DNA of 32,000 nucleotides from Ruminococcus albus 7 = DSM 20455 (lineage in GTDB: Bacteria; Bacillota; Clostridia; Oscillospirales; Ruminococcaceae): contig NC_014833.1 of assembly GCF_000179635.2 (NCBI RefSeq), positions 1,140,001 to 1,172,000 on the forward strand, read 5' to 3'. The notes under the pieces are model-generated. The model searched no databases. It saw nothing but the letters and a program-made list of their open reading frames with translations, and was not told the origin of the DNA. Each line of letters starts with the position of its first letter. The first letter of the stretch is position 1. Position numbers and translations under genes: made by a program. Positions 1 to 9,701 of the stretch are shown piece after piece.

Positions 1-23
1 GGTAAGAAGTCTGCCTAATGATG

Positions 24-52
24 TAAACATATATGGTGGAGTATGGTATAAT
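24..52 (+). promoter_or_regulatory. Possible extended -10 promoter (TAAACA, 17 nt spacer, TGgTATAAT)
   Basis: TGGTATAAT lies at 44-52 with a weak -35-like TAAACA at 24-29. Only about 55 nt separate it from the hairpin at 74-117. Confidence 0.3.
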
Positions 53-73
53 ATACTAATAAGAAATGAAACG

Positions 74-117
74 AAGCAGAAGGTCTTTTGGAAAAAGGCT
101 TTCTGCTTTAATTTTTA
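74..117 (+). terminator. Rho-independent terminator-like hairpin
   Basis: AAGCAGAAGGTC (74-85) pairs with GGCTTTCTGCTT (97-108), including two G-U pairs, and is followed by TAATTTTTA. Confidence 0.5.
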
Positions 118-284
118 TGTCTTCCAAACGGTACCTGATGATGCGAACGGTCATTATGGTACACCATGCCTGAAGGCATAATGTAATGGGACAGGGTAAG
201 TATTATCGACTCTGCCTATACAGAAAATTTCCGACAAAGCCCTTGAAGAATCAGACAAGTTGGGGTTTTAAGGTATTTTTGGTA

Positions 285-314
285 TTGACAAATATCTTTT
301 TTTTGTGGTATAGT
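285..314 (+). promoter_or_regulatory. Sigma-A type promoter for the REC-AraC regulator
   Basis: TTGACA at 285-290, an 18-nt spacer, then TGgTATAGT at 306-314. This is about 70 nt upstream of the GTG start at 386. Confidence 0.55.
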
Positions 315-385
315 AATGGACAAGCAAGGGCGCTGTGATGAAAATTTACGGCGTTCTTTTTTTATTTTAAGGGGAGGTTGGTCCA

Positions 386-1144
386 GTGAGCAGACTATAC
401 AGAGTGCTTATCGTTGATAACAATCTGGGCACATTCGACAGGCTGAAGAAAATGTCAGTGTGGCAGGAGAATGGCTTTGAAATATATTCCAAGACATCTG
501 ACAGTGAGAATGCTGCGGCGTACTGTCTGAAAAATTCGATAGACCTTATGGTATGCTTCAACCGCTTGCCGTCAATCTCCGCTGAATCGGTCGTAAGCGC
601 TGTCAGGAATTCATCACCCAAGACGGTGTGTCTGGCGGTAAGCCCTTTCGATGATTCGGAAAATATGCGCAAATGTTTTCTTCTTGGGGTAATAGACTAC
701 ATCAACGAGCCTGTAAGTGAATCAAGGCTGAACGAAGCACTTGCCCGTGCGGCGCAACTGATAGGGAGCACTTTTGTTGCAGGGGAGTATGCACTTACGG
801 TGGAGGAATTTATTGACGGCTGTAAGACCGAGGACGAAAAGTTCCGTGAACGTCTGCGTGAATTCCTGAAGGGATGTGAGAATACCACTGCAACTACTGA
901 GAATGCAGCCGATCATTTTGGCTTTAACAAGGATTATTTCGGAAGGCTCTTCAAATCAAAAATGGGTATGACCTTTGGCGAGTTTTACAAGCATTTCCGT
1001 ATATTATACGCTGAAAAGCTGCTTCTTTCGGGCAGATATAAGGTATATGAGGTAAGTGCGATGCTGGGATTCTCATCTGTTGATTACTTTACTACTGTAT
1101 TCAAGAAAATTACAGGAAAGACACCTTCGGAGTTAAAAAAGTGA
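386..1144 (+). CDS. YesN-like response regulator: N-terminal receiver-like domain plus C-terminal AraC/XylS HTH. The receiver phosphorylation residues are degenerate.
   Basis: The N-terminus (YRVLIVDNN...IDLMVCFNRLP...DYINEP) has receiver-domain topology. The C-terminus (AADHFGFNKDYFGRLFKSKMGMTFGEFYKHFRILYAEKLL...VSAMLGFSSVDYFTTVFKKITGKTPSE) is a typical AraC double HTH. GTG start with a GGGGAGG Shine-Dalgarno just upstream. Confidence 0.85.
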   Translation: MSRLYRVLIVDNNLGTFDRLKKMSVWQENGFEIYSKTSDSENAAAYCLKNSIDLMVCFNRLPSISAESVVSAVRNSSPKTVCLAVSPFDDSENMRKCFLLGVIDYINEPVSESRLNEALARAAQLIGSTFVAGEYALTVEEFIDGCKTEDEKFRERLREFLKGCENTTATTENAADHFGFNKDYFGRLFKSKMGMTFGEFYKHFRILYAEKLLLSGRYKVYEVSAMLGFSSVDYFTTVFKKITGKTPSELKK

Positions 1145-1301
1145 TATAAAAGTCGGTATCATGCTGTAATATGTATGGCGATTGTGGTGTTGGTACAGCG
1201 GAATATATGATATGCTGTAAAAAATACATAATTATAATGAAGATAATCACAAGCCTTATAAAAATAGCGCGATTTCCCATCTTATCTTAAATAGCGGGAA
1301 C

Positions 1302-1337
1302 GGGGACAGACCTGAAAGGTCTGCCCCTGTTTTCGTT
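1302..1337 (+). terminator. Rho-independent terminator
   Basis: GGGGaCAGACC (1302-1312) pairs with GGTCTGCCCC (1318-1327), with a TGAAA loop, followed by TGTTTTCGTT. Confidence 0.75.
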
Positions 1338-1422
1338 GCCTGAGCTTTTTGGATCTGTGATCTGATATTTAACAGGTCTGCATATTTTGGGTAAATGTCT
1401 GATTTTTATAGGATATGATAAA

Positions 1423-1451
1423 TTGACTTTTGGCTGCAGATAATGTAGAAT
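1423..1451 (+). promoter_or_regulatory. gdhA promoter
   Basis: TTGACT at 1423-1428, a 17-nt spacer, TAGAAT at 1446-1451. Confidence 0.6.
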
Positions 1452-1453
1452 AA

Positions 1454-2899
<1,446 letters not shown>

Positions 2900-3011
2900 G
2901 CAGGAGTTGAAAGCATGGTAAATTCCGAAAATACAGGTTTTCTTCCGATAGTACCGTTCGAGGGCGTACACCCCGAAATGCTCATTGTGGTATATCAGAA
3001 GAATGAAGAAA

Positions 3012-3100
3012 CATTCGGAAGCAGCGAATATGCTGCAAACACCGAATGCTGGGATTGACCTTCACATAGGGCACGGCAGCACCGTTATTTCGATGCTGCC
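3012..3100 (+). promoter_or_regulatory. Two hairpins sharing GCAGC/GCTGC arms in the gdhA-pntA spacer (candidate terminator/attenuator)
   Basis: Hairpin 1: CATTCGG (3012-3018) pairs with CCGAATG (3042-3048), with an inner GCAGC (3021-3025) / GCTGC (3032-3036) helix. Hairpin 2: GGCAGCA (3075-3081) pairs with TGCTGCC (3094-3100), followed by ..GCTGTTTTCGG. Confidence 0.35.
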
Positions 3101-3143
3101 TAGTGCTGTTTTCGGATAAACATGGTTTTGAAAGGAGTAAGTG

Positions 3144-4271
3144 ATGAAGAAAATACTGGTATGTCGGGAGACGGATGAACGCGAAACACGAGTATCGCTC
3201 ATACCTGACGACATAAAAAGGCTCATATCCATGGGGTATGAGGTGAAAGTAACCCGCGGAGCGGGAGAAAAAAGCGGCTTCAATGACGAGGCGTATGAGA
3301 AGGCAGGCGCTGTTCTTGTATCCTCGAATGAAGCGGGATATGAGGGCAGCGAAATTATTCTGAGGATAATGAAGCCTGCATCTGCGGCAGGTATACCTTC
3401 GGGTGCGCTGCATCTTAGCTATCTTGACCCCTTCAATGAGAAGGAACTGTTAAACGATTTCGCTAAGTCAGGTGTTCAGGCAGTATCTCTGGAAATGATT
3501 CCCAGAACCACATTAGCCCAGAAAATGGACGTTCAGTCTTCACAGACCTCACTGGCAGGATATACAGCTGTAGTAAATGCAGCAGCGAAACTTCCGAAAA
3601 TCCTGCCTATGATGGTAACACCCTCGGGTACTATACAGCCCGCAAGAGTGTTCATAATCGGTGTCGGCGTTGCAGGTCTTCAGGCTATCGCAACTGCTAA
3701 AAGACTGGGCGCGAGAGTTGATGCTTTCGATACACGACCTGTAGTTGAGGAGCAGGTAAAGTCCCTTGGTGCGTCGTTTGTTAAGATCGACCTGGGTGAA
3801 ATGGGGCAGACTGATCAGGGTTACGCTAAGGAACTCACCCCCGAGCAGATCGCTAAACAGCAGGAAGCTCAGGCTAAGGTCTGTGAGCGTTCAGATATAG
3901 TTATAACCACCGCAAAGGTTTTCGGAAGAAAGGCCCCGCGTCTAATCGGCAAGGATGTTCTTGACAGGATGAAGAAGGGTGCTATCGTTGTGGATATGGC
4001 AGTATCTACGGGCGGAAACGTTGAAGGCTCAAAGCTTTTCGAGGACGTTGTGACCGAAAACGGAGTAACCATAATGTGCGGAGATATGCTGGAAAGACAG
4101 GTGCCATACGATGCATCGAAAATGCTTTCGGGCAACTTCTATGCGTTCCTGACACATTTCTACAACAAGGAGAGCAAGGAGCTCGTTGTTAACCTTGAGG
4201 ACGAAATAATGCGCGGATGCTTGCTCACACAGGGCGGAAAGATCATCCACGAGCGTTTCAAGGGTCAATAA
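3144..4271 (+). CDS. pntAA: NAD(P) transhydrogenase alpha subunit, part 1 (dI, NAD(H)-binding)
   Basis: Alanine dehydrogenase/PNT-type N-terminal domain plus Rossmann motif (VFIIGVGVAGLQAIATAKRLGA). It is followed by the membrane alpha-2 and beta subunits. AAGGAG Shine-Dalgarno at 3132-3137. Confidence 0.9.
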   Translation: MKKILVCRETDERETRVSLIPDDIKRLISMGYEVKVTRGAGEKSGFNDEAYEKAGAVLVSSNEAGYEGSEIILRIMKPASAAGIPSGALHLSYLDPFNEKELLNDFAKSGVQAVSLEMIPRTTLAQKMDVQSSQTSLAGYTAVVNAAAKLPKILPMMVTPSGTIQPARVFIIGVGVAGLQAIATAKRLGARVDAFDTRPVVEEQVKSLGASFVKIDLGEMGQTDQGYAKELTPEQIAKQQEAQAKVCERSDIVITTAKVFGRKAPRLIGKDVLDRMKKGAIVVDMAVSTGGNVEGSKLFEDVVTENGVTIMCGDMLERQVPYDASKMLSGNFYAFLTHFYNKESKELVVNLEDEIMRGCLLTQGGKIIHERFKGQ

Positions 4272-4329
4272 TATTTGCGATAGTATGATCGAAAATGTTT
4301 TCGTTAAATTTTAATGGAGGTAAAGAAAA

Positions 4330-4638
4330 ATGGCGATAGGAGAAATTCTGCTCCTGGTATTCGTATTTGTAATTGCCGGATTTTTGGGAGTTGAGCTGAT
4401 ATCCAAAGTCCCCTCACAGCTGCATACGCCCCTTATGTCGGGTACAAATGCGATATCGGGCATAACGATAGTAGGTGCCATATCTGCAACAGCAGTAGCG
4501 CTCCACACAGACGGTATGGTAAGCAATATTTGCGGTTTTGCAGCAATAGTACTGGCTACCATAAACGTTATCGGAGGTTATCTTGTAACAGACAGGATGC
4601 TTGGAATGTTTAAGAAAAAGGGGGACGATAAGAAGTGA
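4330..4638 (+). CDS. pntAB: NAD(P) transhydrogenase alpha subunit, part 2 (membrane)
   Basis: 102-aa hydrophobic protein with about 3 TM segments and the conserved HTPLMSGTNAISGI motif. Its position between pntAA and pntB fits. Confidence 0.9.
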   Translation: MAIGEILLLVFVFVIAGFLGVELISKVPSQLHTPLMSGTNAISGITIVGAISATAVALHTDGMVSNICGFAAIVLATINVIGGYLVTDRMLGMFKKKGDDKK

Positions 4639-6065
4639 ATACAGATACTTTGCGCACAGTGTGTACGACAATATTCTACATGATATCGTCCGTACTTTTT
4701 ATAAGAGGCATAAAGCTTCTTGGTAAGGCAGACACCGCAAGAAAGGGCAATCTGATGTCCTCGGTGGGTATGCTTATAGCAGTAGTTACAGTGCTTTTTG
4801 AAAAGCAGGTGACATCAACGATAACCTACGGTCCGGCGCAGAACGCCTATGTATGGGTGGTCGCAGCCATAGTTCTCGGCGGTGCCATAGGTGCTGTATG
4901 GGCAAAGAAGGTCGAGATGACAGGTATGCCTCAGCTGGTTGCACTGTTCAACGGCTTCGGAGGACTGTCCAGTTTACTGGTCGCATTGACACAGTACATG
5001 ACCGATGATAATATAAATATATTTTCATCAATAGCCCTTGGTCTGACCATAGCAATAGGTGCGATAGCATTCACAGGCTCCATAGTTGCATGGGGAAAGC
5101 TGAGCGGCAAGATGTTCAAGAAAAACGTGACCATACCTGCAAAGAACGCAATAAACGGTCTGCTGGCAGTCGTTGGTCTTGTGGGAGTAGTTATCTACTC
5201 GCTGAGCATCGCGGGTGTTGTTGATGCATCACTCGGAAACATTGGTATAATCATTGTTACAGCGGCATACCTGATACTCGGTCTGACCATGGTAGTTGCT
5301 ATCGGCGGCGGCGATATGCCTGTTATAATCTCACTGCTGAACGCATTCTCGGGACTTGCAGCTGCATTCGCAGGACTTTCCATTTCAAACTCCGTGCTGG
5401 TAGTTTCGGGTTGTCTGGTAGGTACATCTGGACTTATCCTGACCCTCATCATGTGCAAGGCTATGAACAGAACACTTTACGCACTGCTTTTCAGCAGCTT
5501 CGGTGCTGCCAAGAAGGGTGCAGCAGGCGAGCAGAAAGAGCCGAAATCCATGTCTGTTGAAGATGCATATCTTATTCTTGAAGCTGCAAGCAGTGTAGTA
5601 TTCATCCCCGGTTACGGCATGGCAGTTGCGCAGGCACAGCACGCAGTCAAGGAGCTTTGCGACAAGCTTGAGGCAAACGGCGCTGAGGTAAACTTTGCTA
5701 TCCACCCTGTTGCAGGACGTATGCCCGGTCACATGAACGTACTTCTTGCGGAGGCAAACGTACCTTACGAGCAGCTGAAAACTGCCGATGAGATGAATCC
5801 TCAGATGTCAAACACCGATGTTGCCATTGTTATCGGTGCAAACGACGTTGTAAATCCCTCTGCGATAAATGATGAGAGCTCTCCTCTTTACGGTATGCCC
5901 ATAATCAACGCATACGAGGCAAGGACAGTTTTCGTGCTGAAGCGCGGCAAGGGTACAGGTTTCTCGGGTGTTGAGAACCCGCTGTTCACAAATGACAACA
6001 CTGTTATGATCTACGGTGATGCAAAGAATACTGTGGCTCAGCTGGTCAGTGAGTTTGAGGAATAA
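4635..6065 (+). CDS. pntB: NAD(P) transhydrogenase beta subunit
   Basis: Polytopic N-terminus plus a C-terminal NADP(H)-binding dIII domain (IPGYGMAVAQAQH, HPVAGRMPGHMNVLLAEA, IGANDVVNP). The GTG start overlaps the pntAB stop (GTGA). Confidence 0.95.
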   Translation: MNTDTLRTVCTTIFYMISSVLFIRGIKLLGKADTARKGNLMSSVGMLIAVVTVLFEKQVTSTITYGPAQNAYVWVVAAIVLGGAIGAVWAKKVEMTGMPQLVALFNGFGGLSSLLVALTQYMTDDNINIFSSIALGLTIAIGAIAFTGSIVAWGKLSGKMFKKNVTIPAKNAINGLLAVVGLVGVVIYSLSIAGVVDASLGNIGIIIVTAAYLILGLTMVVAIGGGDMPVIISLLNAFSGLAAAFAGLSISNSVLVVSGCLVGTSGLILTLIMCKAMNRTLYALLFSSFGAAKKGAAGEQKEPKSMSVEDAYLILEAASSVVFIPGYGMAVAQAQHAVKELCDKLEANGAEVNFAIHPVAGRMPGHMNVLLAEANVPYEQLKTADEMNPQMSNTDVAIVIGANDVVNPSAINDESSPLYGMPIINAYEARTVFVLKRGKGTGFSGVENPLFTNDNTVMIYGDAKNTVAQLVSEFEE

Positions 6066-6105
6066 ATGCATTGGGGCTTGATTCCCCGATCTTAGGGGGA
6101 GTATT

Positions 6106-6945
6106 ATGACCTTTCATATCGGCGACAGAATAGAGCTTGCGGGCTTTGGGAAGGTGTCTGTTGAAGATACACCTGAGGATCTGCAGAACAAAACTGATAA
6201 TGATGCGGATATTGTTCTGAAAAACGCTCTTGTGGTTGACAGCACTGGTGTTTATCCTGCGGATGTAAGTATCTCGGACGGTGTTATAGTGTCGGTAGGT
6301 ACTTCGCAGAATGCCATGAAGACCTATGATGCGGATGGTTATGTGCTTACGGCAGGAAGGATATTTACGGGAAAAGTTTCGGAGGCTGGCAACGCTGAGG
6401 AACTGCTTTTCAGCGGATATTCTACCGCTATATTTGAGCTTGACTGCGGACGGGAAAGGGTAGCTGAGGTGCTGATGGAGAAAAATTCTCTGCCTGTCAA
6501 TCTGGGCTTTATACCTTCTGCAGACAGCTGCAGATGCTTTGTTTCTGATGATTTCTGTCCTGTTTTGGATCGTGGGTCACATACTGACTTTGAAGGTGAA
6601 AACTCCGATATCATGAGGAGGATAGCCGAACAGACGATCCTTCCTGCTTTCAGGTGCGGTATATCTTCTCATGTGGGTACGATAGAGGTCGGAAAGCTGG
6701 CAGACTTGTTTTTATGGCGGCCTGAGGAATTTTTCAGGAAACCTGCAAAAATATTTAAAAGCGGCAGACTTGTTTTTGACAGTACCCTGACTGACCGACG
6801 TGATATTGTATATTCATTACTTTCGTGCAGTACGGAGTGGGGAGTCCGCAATCCATGTGCGTTCTTCACTTCTGTTGGTGCAGCAAAGGGCTATCTTGGC
6901 AGACGTATGGGCTGTGAGCGTAATGTTATAGCCGTGGAAGGCTGA
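6106..6945 (+). CDS. Urease alpha subunit (UreC)-derived protein lacking the catalytic barrel. Either a pseudoenzyme or an in-frame deletion relic.
   Basis: The N-terminus (GDRIELAG, DIVLKNALVVDSTGVYPADVSISDGVIVSVG, LPVNLGF) and C-terminus (VGTIEVGKLADLFLWRPEEFFRKPAKIFKSG) closely resemble UreC segments. The protein is 279 aa versus about 570 for UreC. The HxH position reads TGK, and the regions carrying the remaining Ni ligands are missing. It has a GGGGGA Shine-Dalgarno and shares the terminator at 6965-6991 with pntB. Confidence 0.7.
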   Translation: MTFHIGDRIELAGFGKVSVEDTPEDLQNKTDNDADIVLKNALVVDSTGVYPADVSISDGVIVSVGTSQNAMKTYDADGYVLTAGRIFTGKVSEAGNAEELLFSGYSTAIFELDCGRERVAEVLMEKNSLPVNLGFIPSADSCRCFVSDDFCPVLDRGSHTDFEGENSDIMRRIAEQTILPAFRCGISSHVGTIEVGKLADLFLWRPEEFFRKPAKIFKSGRLVFDSTLTDRRDIVYSLLSCSTEWGVRNPCAFFTSVGAAKGYLGRRMGCERNVIAVEG

Positions 6946-6964
6946 TTTATTCAATGCATATCTA

Positions 6965-6991
6965 AAGGGACAGCTTCGGCTGTCCTTTTTA
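6965..6991 (+). terminator. Rho-independent terminator of the pnt/ureC-like unit
   Basis: AAGGGACAGC-TTCG-GCTGTCCTTT hairpin with a T-run. Confidence 0.8.
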
Positions 6992-7000
6992 TGTTTGATA

Positions 7001-7029
7001 TTGATTTATACATAAAAAAGGTGTATAAT
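7001..7029 (+). promoter_or_regulatory. Promoter of the EamA transporter gene
   Basis: TTGATT at 7001-7006, a 17-nt spacer, TATAAT at 7024-7029. Confidence 0.5.
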
Positions 7030-7045
7030 CATTTCTGGTGATGAT

Positions 7046-7990
7046 ATGAAAGATATGAAAAAAGAACTGGCTGTTTTTTCGGGAGCACTGATATGCTGCT
7101 TTTTGTGGGGGAGTGCTTTTCCTGCCATAAAGATCGGTTATGAGCTGTGGCATATAGGTGACGATGAGACGTGGAAAGTAATACGTTTTGCGGGGATAAG
7201 GTTTTTTATTGCGGGGATACTTGTCATACTGTTTGCTAGTATTATTCAGAAAAAACTGCTGCTGCCGCGGCGTGATGAATGGGGCAGTATAATGTTCCTG
7301 AGTTTATTCCAGACTATCGGTCAGTATATTTTCTTCTACCTTGGACTGGCTCATACTTCGGGCGTGAATTCGGCTGTTGTGGATTCACTTACAAATTTCT
7401 TTGCAATAATAATAGCGAGCATAGTATTGCACATGGAAAAGCTTACACCCCGGAAGATAGCAGGATGTATGCTTGGTATCGCAGGGGTGGTTATGGTACA
7501 GATCTCGCCTGCGGGCTTCACTTTCAGTCCTGCAGGTGACGGACTTGTGGCGCTTTCTGCACTGTGTTACGGTGTTTCTTCGACTATGATAAAAAGGTAT
7601 TCTGCTGAGCATGATACGGTACTTTTCAGCGGATGGCAGTTCATGTTTGGCGGGGCTGTGATGACGGCGGCGGGTCAGGCGGGAATACTCTTCGTCGGAG
7701 ATAGTTCGTCAGAAACAAATCCAGTGACGTTTGGAGCTGCTGCGGTGCTTATCTATCTGGCGCTGGTTTCCAGTGTTGCGTATACGCTTTGGGGCATACT
7801 TCTCAGGAATAATGATGTATCGAAAATATCGGTCTTCGGATTTATGAACCCTGTTATCGGTGTAATGCTTTCTGCTGTTTTGCTGGGAGAGGCAGATACA
7901 CTTGGGATAAAATACGCAGCGGCACTTTTGTTGATATGTGCCGGTATTATCATAGTAAATCGCAAAAGCGCATCCCATAAAGGAGCGTAG
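7046..7990 (+). CDS. DMT superfamily (EamA-type) permease
   Basis: About 10 predicted TM helices arranged as two EamA-like halves, with the typical N-terminal motif (LWGSAFPAIKIG). Confidence 0.8.
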   Translation: MKDMKKELAVFSGALICCFLWGSAFPAIKIGYELWHIGDDETWKVIRFAGIRFFIAGILVILFASIIQKKLLLPRRDEWGSIMFLSLFQTIGQYIFFYLGLAHTSGVNSAVVDSLTNFFAIIIASIVLHMEKLTPRKIAGCMLGIAGVVMVQISPAGFTFSPAGDGLVALSALCYGVSSTMIKRYSAEHDTVLFSGWQFMFGGAVMTAAGQAGILFVGDSSSETNPVTFGAAAVLIYLALVSSVAYTLWGILLRNNDVSKISVFGFMNPVIGVMLSAVLLGEADTLGIKYAAALLLICAGIIIVNRKSASHKGA

Positions 7991-8027
7991 AAAAAAGTTG
8001 ATTTGTGAAAAGAATATGTCATATCTC

Positions 8028-8056
8028 TTGAAATTTCATTTTCTTTGTGATATAAT
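8028..8056 (+). promoter_or_regulatory. Promoter of the GGDEF gene
   Basis: TTGAAA at 8028-8033, a 17-nt spacer, TGaTATAAT at 8048-8056. Confidence 0.5.
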
Positions 8057-8169
8057 AAATATATAATGAAGCTAATATTGCTTGATTAATGTATAATTTC
8101 TTTAAAAATCCCAAATAAATTTACCGATGCAGTTAATATATGTTGATATGAAGAAAATGGAGGAAGCAA

Positions 8170-9573
8170 ATGGATCTTCAAAATGTTGTTGACAGCTTTT
8201 CCACAGCAGCCTGCGTAGTTTCTGTGGAGATGCTTCCGGATGGACATAGGGGAAAATTCCGCATTGTTACGGGCAACAGAGCTTACCTTGACACAATTGA
8301 GCGTCCTATGAATAATGTTCAGCTGCTCACAACAAAATTTGAACCGAACAGTGAGTATACCAAATACATGGAACGCGATCTTAACTTCGAGGATTCGTGT
8401 TATCGTGCAGCGGTTGAAAATAAGATCGTACACGCTTATGCACATCCGGCAAGATTTGATGTGTGGTTCAATATGTCTTTTCTGCCGCTAAGGTCAGATA
8501 TACCGGGGATATATTATTGTATATATATGATGGAGATCAATTTCAAGCCTGAGGCTAAAAGATTGTCTGCCATCTCACCTGATATCGCATCTGCGGTACT
8601 GGAAACTTGCATCAAGCTGAGGAGTAATGCGGATATCGGATCTATAATGAGCGATATATGTGAAGATATACGTGAGCTTTGTGATTCCGAGCTTTTTTGT
8701 ATACTGCTGATGGATGCGTCAAAGCGTTCGTGTTCTGTACTGGGCGAAGCTCTTTCTGATGATACAGATCTGGTATATATGGAGAATTTTTTGGATGATG
8801 GCTTTTATGATATTGCAGAATCATGGAAGGATACCATAGCAGGCAGCAACTGTTTGATAGTCAAGAATGAGTCTGATATGGAAGTAGTACGTGAAAGGAA
8901 TCCTGTATGGCACGATTCGATAACGAAGGCAGGCGGCAGGACCATAGTACTTTTCCCGCTTGAATTCAGGAATAAAGCGCTTGGATATATCTGGGCATTG
9001 AATTTCAGCGCCGAGGTAGCAGACACGATCAAGGAAACACTTGAGCTTACCTCATTCATACTGGCATCTGAGATATACAGTTACAAACTGATGGATAAGC
9101 TGCAGATACTGAGTTCAAGGGATATGCTGACAGGTGTTATGAACCGCAATGAGATGAACAACTATGTCGATAAGCTTGTTGATATCGGTGAAGAAAGATC
9201 GGTTGGGGTTGTATTTGTCGATCTTAACGGACTTAAAATGGTAAACGATTCCCGTGGCCATACGTCGGGAGATACACTGCTTAAAAATGCAGCTGCTGCG
9301 CTGCAGGAGGTATTTGATGTAAGGGATATCTTCAGGGCAGGCGGCGATGAATTTGTTGTGATCCTCCTTGGTGTGACCGAGGAAGAGCTGCGAAAAAAAG
9401 TGGATGAGCTGAGAGAAGCTTCGGATAAATACATGGATCTGGTATTTGCTATCGGTCAGGCTTATGAGAGCGATGTGGGAAATGTTCGTAAGGCACTGCA
9501 TACAGCAGATGAGAATATGTATCTGGATAAAAAGCACTACTACGCGCTCCACCCCGAAAGAAAACGTCATTAG
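8170..9573 (+). CDS. Cytoplasmic diguanylate cyclase with N-terminal PAS-like and GAF-like sensor regions and an intact GGDEF domain
   Basis: C-terminal motifs: RDMLTGVMNRNEM, FVDLNGLKMVNDSRGHTSGD and RAGGDEFVVIL (intact GGDEF). No TM segments. GGAGGA Shine-Dalgarno at 8158-8163. Confidence 0.85.
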   Translation: MDLQNVVDSFSTAACVVSVEMLPDGHRGKFRIVTGNRAYLDTIERPMNNVQLLTTKFEPNSEYTKYMERDLNFEDSCYRAAVENKIVHAYAHPARFDVWFNMSFLPLRSDIPGIYYCIYMMEINFKPEAKRLSAISPDIASAVLETCIKLRSNADIGSIMSDICEDIRELCDSELFCILLMDASKRSCSVLGEALSDDTDLVYMENFLDDGFYDIAESWKDTIAGSNCLIVKNESDMEVVRERNPVWHDSITKAGGRTIVLFPLEFRNKALGYIWALNFSAEVADTIKETLELTSFILASEIYSYKLMDKLQILSSRDMLTGVMNRNEMNNYVDKLVDIGEERSVGVVFVDLNGLKMVNDSRGHTSGDTLLKNAAAALQEVFDVRDIFRAGGDEFVVILLGVTEEELRKKVDELREASDKYMDLVFAIGQAYESDVGNVRKALHTADENMYLDKKHYYALHPERKRH

Positions 9574-9638
9574 CGGATAGAATTGGATTAATGAAAAAAA
9601 GGATCGTCGGAGTAAGACGGGTATCCATATAGAAGATT

Positions 9639-9675
9639 TGCCCCAAAGCACTTTATTGTGCTTTGGGGCATTTTT
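9639..9675. terminator. Strong hairpin terminator between convergent genes
   Basis: Perfect 13-bp stem TGCCCCAAAGCAC (9639-9651) / GTGCTTTGGGGCA (9658-9670), followed by TTTTT on the + strand. It lies 32 nt beyond the stop of the minus-strand gene. Confidence 0.85.
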
Positions 9676-9701
9676 ACTCAGGTGTTAAGATAAATCAGAA
9701 T

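Noticed and set aside
1171-1290. 39-codon Cys-containing ORF (MYGDCGVGTAEYMICC...) in the 3' region after the AraC regulator
   Set aside because: It has no Shine-Dalgarno and AT-rich codon usage unlike its neighbours. It is probably a chance ORF in the 3' UTR that precedes the terminator at 1302.
6106-6945. Considered calling this gene a functional urease subunit or a generic amidohydrolase
   Set aside because: The metal-ligand positions are absent or substituted, and no ureA, ureB or accessory genes are nearby. Only a relic or pseudoenzyme call is defensible.
7279-7539. 86-aa alternative-frame ORF inside the EamA gene, and the 104-aa ORF at 16671-16985 inside the GGDEF-EAL gene
   Set aside because: Both are same-strand overlapping frames inside well-supported membrane-protein genes. 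They have no independent signals.
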